64,000 nt of DNA, from contig CP075494.1 of the NCBI GenBank assembly GCA_021613535.1, forward strand, positions 12,648,001-12,712,000, read 5' to 3'. Source of the DNA: Adineta vaga (taxonomy: Eukaryota > Animalia > Rotifera). The notes under the pieces are model-generated. The model did no database searches. It saw nothing but the letters and a program-made list of their open reading frames with translations, and was not told the DNA's origin. Of this stretch, positions 13,873-27,139 are shown piece by piece. The position numbers and the translations under genes are program-made. Each line of letters opens with the position of its first letter. The first letter of the stretch is position 1.

Positions 13873-16800
13873 CCTACATCGGATGTATATATCTTTCAAT
13901 TATTTAATGACGTTCGAAATGACTTCTTATCATTAATGACAACGATAAAATCATTCGAAGATAAATTTGATCTAAAAAAATGAAATAAAATCAACTTCAT
14001 ATTAATTGTTATTAATGAAGCAAATTTTTTATATTAAAAAAATGTCATTATGAATATTCTCTGGGGAGCATCAATGAAAATTTTCATATTTACTATTACA
14101 ACATTCCATCTATGTAAAGAATTCAAATGAGAAAGATAAATACGTTTTTCTTTTTCTCCTAATAGATAACAAGTTGTTTTTACTAATAGATGAAAAGATG
14201 TTTTATTTATCGGCTTACATAATTAACGTTCGTGTTTTAGCAATATGATAACAAGATCTAGATGTTTATTCTATGTCCATGTCCATTTGATTACATCTTT
14301 TAGATAACAAATCATTTACAGATCTCTCGCTTATTGTGATAACAAACAAACAGATCGTTGTTGCTTTCCTATCGTCAATTCTCTATGTGCATACATGTTC
14401 GTACGTTTCCCTACGTCTTATTTCGGCATAACACATCTTGAAAGCAATTGACATAATGAGTCGAAGAGCATTGTTTTGATTATAGACTACGGGTTACTCT
14501 AGGCGGTATATTCATCAGATGATGAAAATGCGGAATCCTCTCAATGCATTCGATTTCTAGCCGCCGTCGTCGTCTTCGTCGTCGTCATTATCATTTTCTT
14601 TCTGTCCATTAGCACAAAAAAGAGATGAAGAAGAAGAAGAAGAAGACTGACGAAAGAATCATGTTAGAATATCTTTTTTTCTGCTTTCGATGCCTTTTCT
14701 ATTTGTCGAATAAACAAATAAAAATAAATCATAGATCAATCGATTTACTTACACACGCACAGAAAAAGATTGTTTTTAACATCGTAAACTAAGCGATATA
14801 ATTTGACATTGCACGCGTGAACAGCAGGGTATAATTGACTGATGATGATAGGAAGATCACTCTCAATCAGTTTCTGTCATTGCGAATTAGAAATTCAAAT
14901 GTGAAGAAGATCGATGTCATTTATGTTAGAGTTTTCTTCTTTCCCAATAAATGCAGATGTCAATGTTAGAAAAGCAGAATGTGTGTTTATATGCAAACTA
15001 CTTTCCTTCCCATACTTTATCATCATAATATGTATAAACAGAATGACAGTTGAGAATTAATCTCTTCCACGTGTATTGTATGCAAAATTCAATGGAATAT
15101 ATATAACTTACTTGTTGTATTCAAATAACTGGAGAATAATTCCAATCTATTGTTATATTCGGGGGGAAAAACACACACAAAAAACTATTGAATAGAGATA
15201 GTATTAGATGGAAAGATCTTGTCGAGCTGTGCATACGCAGTTATTTCTAAAATATAGTGAAAAAAGCTAGAGGACTACAAGAAGAGAAGAGAGAGAAAAA
15301 AACGAAGGATAGAGAGAATTCATTCTTTCTTCTGGTTTTCATTCCCGGAAGAACGACGAGCGCACTGTTAATAGAACGTAGAATAGAATGTAAAATGAAT
15401 GTGTCGATTCTATCGGAAAAAAAAGAAGAAACTGAAGAATATAAAGTAGAGAAACTATGTTCATCAGTATCGAAATATTTTTTTTATATTGTATAGATAT
15501 ATAGGTAGACTGATATGTATTTCCGTTAAAGACTAATCAGAAAATATTATAGATCTGTTTTTTGTTGTGATGATGATGATGATGATGATAATAATGTAAA
15601 GAAGACGGCAACGACAACGAAATAGAAGAAGAGAAGAAGAAAAAACTCAATCATGCAAATTTATGATTATTCTTGATGAGATGAATATACTAGAAAAGAT
15701 TTAGTTAGACGATGACGATGAGTTCAAAGAAAAAAAGAAAAGAAGTAAACACGTACACAAAGTCCAATTAGAACTAAAATTTCTTCTCATTGGAACACCT
15801 AAATAAATGAGAGGAGAGACTAGAAAGAAGAAGAAGGAGGAAAACGGAAGGATGGTACTCGATGAAAAATCGAACTCAACAAGTTACAAGCGAGAGAAAG
15901 AGAAAGAGGGAGAAAGATCCAACTCGAACTAACTGTTATAGTTCGAACAGTGAATGAATACAATGATTAATCTTCAGTCGAGGAAAAGTTTTCTCCGATT
16001 AGAAATTTCTTTTAAAAAAACGTAGAAAAAAAGATCGACATTGTCAAAGAAATACTTCCTTTTCTTTCTGATCGAAATCTCCTGAGAGAAGAATGTCCGT
16101 TCTTATATAGATACATGCTATAGAGAGACTTATTTCTTTTTTTTTCGATCTTTTAGCTCATTCGACGAGTTTTCTCCTTTTTCTGATATCAATAATAATT
16201 TGACGGAAACAAGAAATCTATAAAAGCTTGCATTTTATTTCTGCATACGCTGTCTTAAATGAGAACAAAGAACCTTGATTTGTCAAGCAATTCTTTTTTT
16301 CTTACGATGTAACTCATCGAAGAAAACACCAACATTACGAATAGTTCCCCGGCAACGACAAGAATCGATCAAAATTATTTTGTCGTCTAGTACGATTCTT
16401 CTGTGTTTCCCCTTACTGTCTGTCTGTTTTCTTTTGTGAGTGAACGCATACAACAAATAAGAAGAGAAATGACGAAGAAGAAAAACGGAAAAAGAAAGCA
16501 TTGAGCAAGTTGATGACAATGATTTCCCTCTGTGCATCTTTCGGCTTACATTGATGTTGCTGATGATGATAATGATCACGATATCGCAATAATCTACATA
16601 TATACATGAAACAACATGTAATGTGAAGAGAACATCTGACGAATTTGATGTCCATTGATGCCTTTAGCGAGATCTTCGCCTGACTATATTAAATTGCATA
16701 CACTTTATCAATCAGTCTTTTCTGCTTTATTCTCGTTAACACGCTAATTGAGGGGCGGTCGACATGTAGCAGACTGCAATTTGAGAGATTCATTTGGGCT

Positions 16801-17323
16801 TTTTTCTTTTACTAAAGACAAGCGAGAGAAAGTCAAGAAAAAGAGCGCACGAGTAAGATGAATGATGTTAGAAGAAGAAAAAACCGGAGAGTGCATGAAA
16901 TAATCGATTTCGGTTCGGCTTTTCCGCACTGTCGTTTTGCGTCCGCACATCCGTAGCACACATAACACAAAACAACAAAAAATAAGAGAAAAGGATGATA
17001 CAAAGAAAAAAGAAAACCGATCTCTTCTCGTGACAAGTTAGAAAATGTACTATTGTTCTATGCAAGCAGTAGTCATCGACTTGTTCATCTATACAACTGT
17101 TTTTACTCCAGAGTATATACGACTTTTCTTTTATCCAACTTGTATACATAAGTATGGTCAGCTTTTGATTTCCCTTGTGATATAAAAACAAAAAAAAGAT
17201 GATGATAGATAGTAACATGATAACCTTTTATTAAACAAAATCAATTAGCAAATCATTTTATTAATGTATAAACATGTCTGAGATAATGTATATACAATGA
17301 CAGTAGTTTACAATTTATTACAA

Positions 17324-18021
<698 letters not shown>

Positions 18022-18194
18022 TTTTGTTTCCTGTACGAATTGAATGGAATGGATATCATATCACTCAATTTCATTCTTAGCGGAATGAGTCTATTTAATC
18101 CAATCAAATTGAAAATACACCTAGCGCTTTTTCGAGAGAGGTCAACAAACCGACGGTCAGTAATGGAGAAGAAGAAAAAGAAATTTTCTACTCA
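18022..18194. promoter_or_regulatory. Probable bidirectional promoter between TMEM50 (-) and TSR2 (+)
   Basis: Head-to-head start codons with only 173 bp between them. Confidence 0.55.
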
Positions 18195-18740
18195 ATGAAC
18201 ATGTCTTTATCATCAACACTTGATCCAATTATTCGATCGGTTTTTTCCCGATGGACAGCTTTACAATTAGCAGTTACTCATTCAATGGGTGGTTCAGAAA
18301 GTGAAGTTAAATATGAAGCATTTATTAATGCATTTGCTGAATATTTAACACGAAATTTTCGATCATCATTTCCTACATCAGCTGCTGAAAGTGATATTCA
18401 AGCATATCTTGATGAAATTCTTGATGAAGAGTTCAATACAGAATTAGATGATGGTTCAAGTTATGAATTAGCTCAATTATTTGTGAAATATATTCAATTA
18501 ATTTTGCAAGGAAAATTAAATGAAGTTCAACATGAATTACAATTACAACAAGCAATGACACCTTCCGTTCAAATGTCGATTCGAAATCAAGATGATAGTT
18601 CAACATCGGATGAAAGTGAAGATGATGATAGAATTAGAGAAGAAGAAGAGGAAGGAGAGGGAAAATCGAAACCACAATCCATGGATGTTGATGAAGATGG
18701 TTGGACAACTATTCATCGAAAACATCCCGCAAGAAAATAG
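18195..18740 (+). CDS. TSR2: Pre-rRNA-processing protein TSR2 (single exon)
   Basis: FSRWTALQLAV...MGG, DEEFNTELDDGS, acidic tail with VDEDGWTTI. Confidence 0.92.
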   Translation: MNMSLSSTLDPIIRSVFSRWTALQLAVTHSMGGSESEVKYEAFINAFAEYLTRNFRSSFPTSAAESDIQAYLDEILDEEFNTELDDGSSYELAQLFVKYIQLILQGKLNEVQHELQLQQAMTPSVQMSIRNQDDSSTSDESEDDDRIREEEEEGEGKSKPQSMDVDEDGWTTIHRKHPARK

Positions 18741-18829
18741 AAGCTTTTCTTTTTTACCTATTTTTCCCGTTAAAAACTTTCATTATTTTCAAGTAAACTA
18801 GAAGATATTTTCTTGTTTTGATTTTCTAG

Positions 18830-19715
18830 ATGGGTATTTTTCGTTTTGGAAATGCTGAATATTCAACAAACTTTTTTGTTGCATCAATTTTTATGTTTCT
18901 AAGTACCTTATGTTGTTTATCGGCATTTGCTTCACCATATTGGACAAAACGTTATCTTGATACACCGAAAGATTTTCAAAATATTGGTTTATGGGAATTA
19001 TGTTTATATAAATATCGTCATTATAAAGATGATTTACAAATACCATATACCGGTTGTTTTTGGTTTTGGACAAATGAAATGTATCGTTTTCGTGATTGGA
19101 TTATTCCACGTAAGTTTTACAGGAGGAGAAAAAATGAATGCAAATTTTCTTACTTTTTTATTTAGCCTGGTTTAAATGGGTCCAAGCATTTGCTACTTTA
19201 GCATTTATTTTTACTGTCGCAACTATTTCTAGTTTAGCCGTTGGCGTCTTTTCAGCATTTCGTTGGCAATGGAGATATCAAGTTATTTGGTGTATTATGT
19301 CCTTTGTAATCGGTAATATAAGAAGTCGTTTTTTTCTGAAATAAATTAGTTTCGAATTATGATTTAGTTGCATGTGAATTGGTTGCTTTGTGTGTCTACG
19401 GTATTTATAGTCAGGATCGTCTTTGGATGCCACGACCGGAATTTAATTATCTTTCATATAGTTATTGGATTGAAGCGGGTGCACTTATATTTGCGTTAAC
19501 TTCTTGTAAGTTTTGAAAACGATCATAATTTCTATTGAATGTCAATTCATCGTTTAGGTTTACTATTTGCTGCTGAAGTTCAATTTCTTCGTGAACCTCT
19601 TGAAACTTATCTGGATGACAAACATTATCATGATCATTTTCCATATTCGCCATCCAATGGTTCTCATCTGCAATTAACTCAATCTCGTAGTCGATTTTCT
19701 CAGTATGAAGTCTAG
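18830..19715 (+). CDS. Invertebrate claudin-like (PMP22/claudin; kune-kune/pickel-type) tetraspan protein, 4 exons
   Basis: AFASPYW...NIGLWELC...YTGC (W-GLW-C-C signature), four hydrophobic segments, WMPRPEFNYLSYSYW, C-terminal YEV* PDZ-type ligand. Confidence 0.88.
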
Positions 19716-20232
19716 ATATGACGATATACATCTAAATCAAAATTGTGAATACATTCCTCATCTATCATTTGTTTTCCTATTTGTAAATTTTCATTCGTTT
19801 GCTTTTGTATTATTCCATTTGTATAAATAACAAATTAATGTTAGATTTAGTTTTACATGTGAAATAATTAATAAATAATACATTCTCGAAAATAAAACTC
19901 TCTACACCTACCAAAGACACACTTCGAAATGCACATTTACAATCACATAATTTTCTTTGACTAAAAAAGATCTTTCAAAGGGTTTGACTTTTGTGTTCAT
20001 TTCTTTAAAAGTAGAAAGAGAATTTTTCTACTCTGAAAAGAGCAAAAGACTTTTCTCGAGCACTCAGATAAATTATGTTGCTACGTATTGCGAATACAAA
20101 CATCTTTTTCTCGTGAAGTAATACTTTTAGCGTAACACTTTTATGGAAAACTTTTCTCTAAATACAAGAACATTATTTGTAACTGAGTGAGGTTTACCGA
20201 AGTAAAAAAGCCACAATTATCGTTCTCTTGTT

Positions 20233-21135
20233 ATGATCAAACCAAAACTTATATTTCTTTCATTTTTATTTATTCTCATCGTTTTCGGTATATTAAAATA
20301 TCGTCGATCGAAAAATTTATTAGCAATTGAAATGGCAAATTGTCCGACATTATCGTCTCTATCATCAACATGTTTGGATTCATTTGATGCTGAGAAACTT
20401 TATAAATCTGTTTTTCATTCTTCAATGGTACAATATATGGTTCCGAAAACATTAAGCCATTGGGTTGAGAATAAAACTGGATTTGAAATTGGTGCTCCGT
20501 CTGCTTCTACTTGGGGTAATCTAGGTCTGTATGATGCTGCAGCAATCGTAGATGCAACAAATTTTGCTGCTGATACTCTATGGGAATCGGGTATTAAAGA
20601 AGGTCAACCTTTCGTATGGAAAAGTAAGACAATAGGTAAACATTATATACGGGATGCAGTCGATTTACATGGTGTACCGAATGAAGTCTATGATTTCGTT
20701 TGTGGAACGGATGTTTTAGAACATATTGCTAATCCATTTAAAGCCTTGCTTGAATGGTTAAGAATTATGAAACCAGGTGGTTTATTGATTATTATTGTAC
20801 CTTTTAAAAATGTGACATTTGATCATAAACGTGATGTTGCTCAAATTGAACATTTAATTGATGATTATCATAAGAAAAGAACGGAGAAAGATCTTTCACA
20901 TCTAGACGATATACTTCGGTTACATGATCTTGGAAGAGACGCAGCTGCAGGTAATCTTGAATCATTCAAAGCACGATCAGAAAATAATTATCAAAATCGT
21001 GGATTACACCAACATGTCTATGATCAAAGATTACTTTACTATATATATCGTTGTTTAAATCTTGATATTAAAACTCAATATATATGGGATTATCATCAAT
21101 TGGTAATTGGTCAGAAACGATACTCGATGCATTAA
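20233..21135 (+). CDS. Intronless class I SAM-dependent methyltransferase (Methyltransf_11-like) with N-terminal membrane anchor, copy 1
   Basis: 300-aa ORF. Hydrophobic LIFLSFLFILIVFGIL; GFEIGAPS; YDFVCGTDVLEHIANPFKALLEWLRIMKPGGLLIIIVP. Confidence 0.88.
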   Translation: MIKPKLIFLSFLFILIVFGILKYRRSKNLLAIEMANCPTLSSLSSTCLDSFDAEKLYKSVFHSSMVQYMVPKTLSHWVENKTGFEIGAPSASTWGNLGLYDAAAIVDATNFAADTLWESGIKEGQPFVWKSKTIGKHYIRDAVDLHGVPNEVYDFVCGTDVLEHIANPFKALLEWLRIMKPGGLLIIIVPFKNVTFDHKRDVAQIEHLIDDYHKKRTEKDLSHLDDILRLHDLGRDAAAGNLESFKARSENNYQNRGLHQHVYDQRLLYYIYRCLNLDIKTQYIWDYHQLVIGQKRYSMH

Positions 21136-23853
21136 TCAATAAAACTATATTGCATTATCGTTCTTCGGCAACTTCTTGTATGCCTTATATTCTTTTCTTT
21201 TCTAGTAAATAATTAAATGCCTATCTACACCAGTCTAGTGAGGACACATTGAATTGCCATTGGATTTTTGTTTATTGATTTAATTGTATTTGTGTTAACA
21301 GCTATTTAAAAATATTTAAAACTACATATAAATAAAGTGATAAATTGTTTACTAAAGCAATAAAAATTTAAAAAAAAGAAAACGGTCATGAGATAAGTAC
21401 TGATTGATAATATTTGATTAATATAACATAAAAGTGTTGATACAATTCTCTCTATAAAGAAAAAAACACGAATAGTAATAGTCTTTATACTGATTTTCTT
21501 TTGCGAATTGATTAATCAGAATTGTTATAAACATCGCAATAGAAATTAATGACAAGTTTTCCGTAATTAGAGTCCATATTACCATTGTGATTATAAAAAC
21601 AACAATCAGTCTTGAAGGTGTGGGTGTTAGATAGATGTAATACTAACACACGCACACTAACACCCTCATCCTCACATTTGTAAACATGTTTTGTTGACAT
21701 GATTTTGTTCTTCTATGATATCTTTAAGAGTAGAATGCATATTATTAAATGTATTTATCATATTCAACCACAAGCACCTGTTTCTATCAGATATAATTGA
21801 CAACTACAAATTTACTTAGTCATTTGTTTCTGTATGCTCTCAACAAAGATTTATCGATTTTTCTATATTTCCGCTAGAATGAACAATCTGTCCTATACAA
21901 TCTAGCGATAATATTCTTCAGAACTAACAAAAATGTTGAAATTAAGTGGATTAAAAAAAACGTTTCCGCTGCTATTTGGACTAAGAAAAAGTCATATGTC
22001 GCTAGACAATCTATTCTTTTTCTTATCTAATTGGTATTTTTTTATGCGTAATCGTTGGAGTATTAAGCATAGAAAAAAAAATACTCATCTCATCTTACAT
22101 TCATTAACACTAACGCCTTCATGATATCGACTGCATCATCAGACTTCTTCATCGTCAAGAACGTAGATTCAATTCTAAATCGGAAATTGCCAGAAGTTAG
22201 TTAATTGATATAAGAAAAGAAAGCTTCTTAAAATCTGTAACCAATAGTATTATGATGAAGAAAACATAACTGTTCTACTATAAAATTAGACATTTTTATT
22301 GCAAGAACGAAATGATTTATTATTCTCGAAAGTAGATAATTGCAAAACTGAAAAAATAATCTTGATTTAGTTTTTTAATCTCACTAGATAAAACGGAAAC
22401 TATTGTCCTAGAATGTTCTCATTTGAAAAGATAATTGATATTTTTTATTGAATAATTAATACAATCCCATAATAATAACGTTAAAAGCTGTGAATTTACG
22501 ATAATAAAATTAGCTTTTATACAAAAACGATATCCTCGAACAAATTTGTCGTTGTGGTTATATTACGTCGAATGATTGATCCATCTGTTTGATAAAAGTC
22601 TTAGTGATAATATTGATTGGAAATGATATCAATTAGCGTGATTGATTTATTAAATTAGTAATCGGTATGTTTATATAAACAAACGTACGGAAACTTGTAT
22701 TAGTTTAGTATAACCACCCACATCCTGTTTGATTAACAAGTGCAAGTAATTTGGATTATTTTTCTCTGTCTCTCTTTCTATCAGAAAAACAGATAGAGTC
22801 TTGATTCTTCCTATGTCCGACCATAAAATCAAGGACGTTGAAAAGAGAATAATTACGAAAGAAGAGGTTCTATTTGTCAATCTTTTTGACTCCTATTCTT
22901 CGTTTATTAATGTTCTCGATAGAAAAATATATTGATGAGCGTAAACAGTTACATTCGACAGAAATAGAATCTTTTCACTAGTTATAAGATAAAAGATCAA
23001 GAGTACTAATAGATGAGACTTGACATTGAACAAGTTTTTAGCATTGATTGATCTTATAATGTATAATATGACCGACATTCAATCATAGACATGATTAGAT
23101 AACAAGAATAACGTTTTTCTTGGTTTTCTTCAGAGTTAAATTATTTGATGATGACTTTTAACATTATTTATTCTGTTGGTATTGAAGAAGAAGGAAAAAC
23201 ATAGACACTATGTCTTGTCAATCAAAACGTACTATTACTGACTATGCATCACTTTGATAAAAAACAATATGACAAGACGATGAGACAATACCGACTGAGT
23301 ACTTCTATTCTCCATTCGTATAAACAACAAAAGTAGATCAACGCAACACTAAGTCAATAAAATTGGAATTAGATTCCGAATAGTAACTTCGAGTATCTCT
23401 TTTACTCTCTCTCTCTCTTTGTATTGGCTAATGTATCAAATGAAGATGGATCGACTGCTGTGAGCATTCAACATTGACATACCGACAACTACTGATAACA
23501 TAGTTGAGATTACGTTGTACGCTACAAGTGTTATCTCATTAGATACAAATGCAGAGAATATTGAGCTAGAAATATACGTTTTTGATTACAAGCTTGATTC
23601 AGTACTAATACTCGTATCATGCACCTCCATTAGTTTTTCTCTCGTCGGTTTTATGAGAAAAAAAGAAACGATGGCATCAGGGTGAGAAAGCAAGATAAAC
23701 GAGAGAGAGAGAGTCATGATGTCAAGAAGAGAAAAATACGATGAAAGAAAAAACAAGACTAGAGAAAAAGTAGAAGAAGAATACGAAGAAAGATAACGGG
23801 ATTCATTCAGACATTTCTTTTGACTTTCTTGAACATTGAGATAGATATTAACT

Positions 23854-25203
23854 ATGACTGATTCATCAAATATTAATTCTGTTCAAAGTAGTATTAATAC
23901 TCATCTAGCTGATCGATTACTTTCGGTTTATTCTTTAATTCTTATTCTCATTGGTACACCATGTAATTTTCTGTGCTGTTTGATTTATTTTCAAAAAGGA
24001 AATCGGATGAATTCGATTAAAACAATATTCGGTTATTTAGCTATACTTGATACGATTGTTTTATATACATTCAATTTAAATTATGTTGTACGAGAATTTA
24101 ATATTGATTATCATTTAATACATGATCGTAAAATGAATAGCACAAATCAAAGTTCCGATTTTATTCGAAATGAAAATATCAATATTATTGTTACGAAAAA
24201 GAATTTAGAAGAATCTTCTTTATTTATGTGTCGATTTCTTTCTTATCTAGGTAAGAATAACTAATATGACAAATCTGTCAACTCTAATCAAAATGATTTT
24301 GAAAACATTCTATTTATCGTTTCCTTTTTTCTAGCATTTTCAATTTTACAAACTTCCTCATGGGTTTTGGCATTTGGTTCATTAAATCGTTATTTATTAA
24401 TATCAAAATTAACTTTATTTGAATTTGTTTGTAAACGATGTTATACAGTTATTATTTGTTTGTGCATTACGTGTACTTTTTTTCTTGCAAATATGCATAT
24501 ACTTTGGTTAAATGGTTATTATTCTTCAGATGGAGAAGTGATCTGTTATCAAAATCCCCATTATGTCACATATATGTTATGGTATCAACGCGTACATCTT
24601 TGTCTTTATTCAGCATTTCCCAGTGTTGTTCTATTTATTTTAAATACTTTATTAATGCGTATTATCTTTGCAAGTAAAAAACGATTGAATAATCATCAAC
24701 GAACAATCTTACTTGCTGATACTGAAATTGGAGATAATCGAAAAGGAAATTCATTCTCGAAGCATTTTTCTACTACATTAACGAATAAATTAAATAAACA
24801 AGGAGCAGGACGTTCACTTAATCGACATAGCAGAAAATTAACTTTATCACTAATCTTTATCACATTATCTTATTTTATACTAACATTTCCTTCGACAGTT
24901 ATTTTTTCTTTCTTTCGTTCGTATATTGAACCATTGAGATTACGTCGTACAATCTCACTTTTATTTACAAATCTATCAACAACAACACATGCCATACGAT
25001 TTTTCATTTATTTTGCTTGTTCAATCGATTTTCGCAATGATTTCTACAGTTTATTACCATTCAAACGATCATTTCGTATTCAATATATTAAAACTAGACC
25101 AAAAGAACAACAACAACAACAGCAGCAGCAGCAAGACGAGCAGCATGACGATGGACCCAGTGATTCTGTTGTTATACATGATAGAACTGAAATAGGTTCA
25201 TAA
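23854..25203 (+). CDS. Class A (rhodopsin-like) orphan peptide-receptor-type GPCR, 2 exons, poly-Q tail
   Basis: TM1 GTPCN, TM2 YLAILD, MCRF, NRY in place of DRY, TM5 P, TM6 YFILTFP, TM7 RFFIY, helix 8 FRNDF. Intron at about 24251-24334. Confidence 0.88.
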
Positions 25204-25882
25204 CAAAGAAAAACACGATGACTATGTACAAAAGCATCAATTCTCGGATTTTCTTTTTATATTGATCGATTTAGCAATCAAAGCTGTATTTATATATTGT
25301 ACTCCTTTGTATTTAATGACCTTGTAAGAGTACTTTTTCTATGTGCATGTCTATGCAATGTTCACTGTTGATTAAAATACGACATTATTCAGCTGATGAA
25401 TGTGTTTATTCGTCAACAATAACCATCAACTCACTGGAGTGCAGATCCGTACTAGAATAATTATTCTCAACAATAAAACAAACACAACAGCAATAGAAAA
25501 TTTCCGTCATTACTAATTCCTTGAAGTATACATGTTTATTGTCATTAATTTCTTAATTGTCTTTTTCATTGATGAGAATTTTCGAGAAAAAGAAGAAACA
25601 CAAATTAATCGATGTGATGTTTTCAATCAAATCTCTTTCGAGAATAGTTTGCATGAAAGATGTTGTGCCTCAGGATATCATAATCAACATGACTATTGTT
25701 TTTTCAGAGAGATTCCCATTGATATAGAACATCATCATGGGCACGAACAAAGAATGCTGTCAAGTAGATTCGAACTATGTTCTCTATTTATTTCTATACA
25801 TTTTACGAATTCATCCAAAACATTGCATGTATATACAAAGAAAATTTTTTCATCTATCTAACAAAATGTCAACATTAACGTT

Positions 25883-26985
25883 TTAAATTTCATTTTTGCA
25901 CATTGTTTGTTGAATACGTTTACGTAATTCATTAACCTTGGCTTCTTGAGCACGGATGTGTTCATCTGTAATATTCACATACTAAAAATAAAGAGAAGAA
26001 AAGAGAAAAAAAAGAAGATGAACTTTTGTTTTTCTTTTTTTCAACGAACGTCTATTAATGGTTGATCACGTTGAATGTAAATCGTTGGATTCTTTTGAAA
26101 TTGTTTATTTTGACCAAATAATGCACGAGAATTACAATAGAGATGAAGTGATGTTGCTAAACTTATAACAACCGTTTCCGGTGACATATTTAAACCAACA
26201 CCTGCAAAAAGAAATCAAATAAATATTTCAATTTTCATCATGAAACTTTTGTTTTTTTGTTTGAATAGGTTTCTTTGAGATTAATAGAATTTGACGGAGT
26301 TCTTGAAGATGATTAATTAAGGATAACTTTTTTGGAAAATCATGCTTTCATCTGTATAGAATTAAATGTCAGGCACGAAAGTCTTTAGTCTTCTGATTAG
26401 AAAAAGCCTTAGTTGTGTGCTGATGCACCGGAGAGTTTGTTTAACGTCAAAAATGAACTTTCTTCTCTCTTTACTTTTTATAGGTTCTGGTAATTTCACA
26501 TGCTCGAAAGGTTTTTCATCAATATCGATTGGTCGGATATTTTGAAATCGTTTTTCCCAAAAAAGTTGTCGTGGTTTTGTTTTTTCACTCGGTTTTCCAC
26601 CATTAGCCGATGCTGTTGGATTATTTGGATTAATAACTTGTGCTTTCACTTCGTCACGTTCAAGTGGATAATGAGTGACAGGTTGTTTAAAGATTGGTAA
26701 TGTTTGCCGTAAAGGACATCTTAATGATTGATCACCTTTCGAATCTAAAAAATAAAGTTTACTTTTTTTTCAAGATAGAGAAAATTACTTACTTCGAACA
26801 ACTGAATTGCCGTCAACTGTTGGTTTAATACCATTTGTATGACCAATTTTTAGTTTTTTTGTCGCATTATCTTGTTGTAATGTTCGAGTTAATTTTGGTG
26901 GATGAATATTTAATGAACGATTTGCATTTGAAGATAATAACAATGATGATGATGAATTGCTTGTTCGACCTGTTGATTCATGCAT
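25883..26985 (-). CDS. MBD2/3: MBD2/3 homologue (NuRD subunit) lacking the methyl-CpG-binding domain, 4 exons
   Basis: PLRQTLPIFKQPVT, KPRQLFWEKR, VGLNMSPETVVISLATSLH, KNPTIYIQRDQPL, ITDEHIRAQEAKVNELRKRIQ match the MBDa and MBD_C coiled-coil regions of MBD2/3. Confidence 0.9.
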
Positions 26986-27139
26986 ATTTTTAATCTAAAA
27001 TTTTCATTGATTTATATACAAATTATTGTCAATATTACGAATAATAAAATCTACATCAATTGATTATTTTTTTACATATTTCAATAAAACTAAATAAAAA
27101 CAAAACGAAAAAAGAGATTCGGGAGTTTTCTTTTTTTGA

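Noticed and set aside
15257-17218. Cluster of short overlapping ORFs
   Set aside because: Compositionally biased and without recognisable motifs. Probably non-coding upstream region of the SUEL-CUB gene.
21615-21670. Short inverted repeat gggtgttag...ctaacaccc
   Set aside because: A 9-bp arm is too short to call a MITE or structured RNA without covariation or copy-number data.
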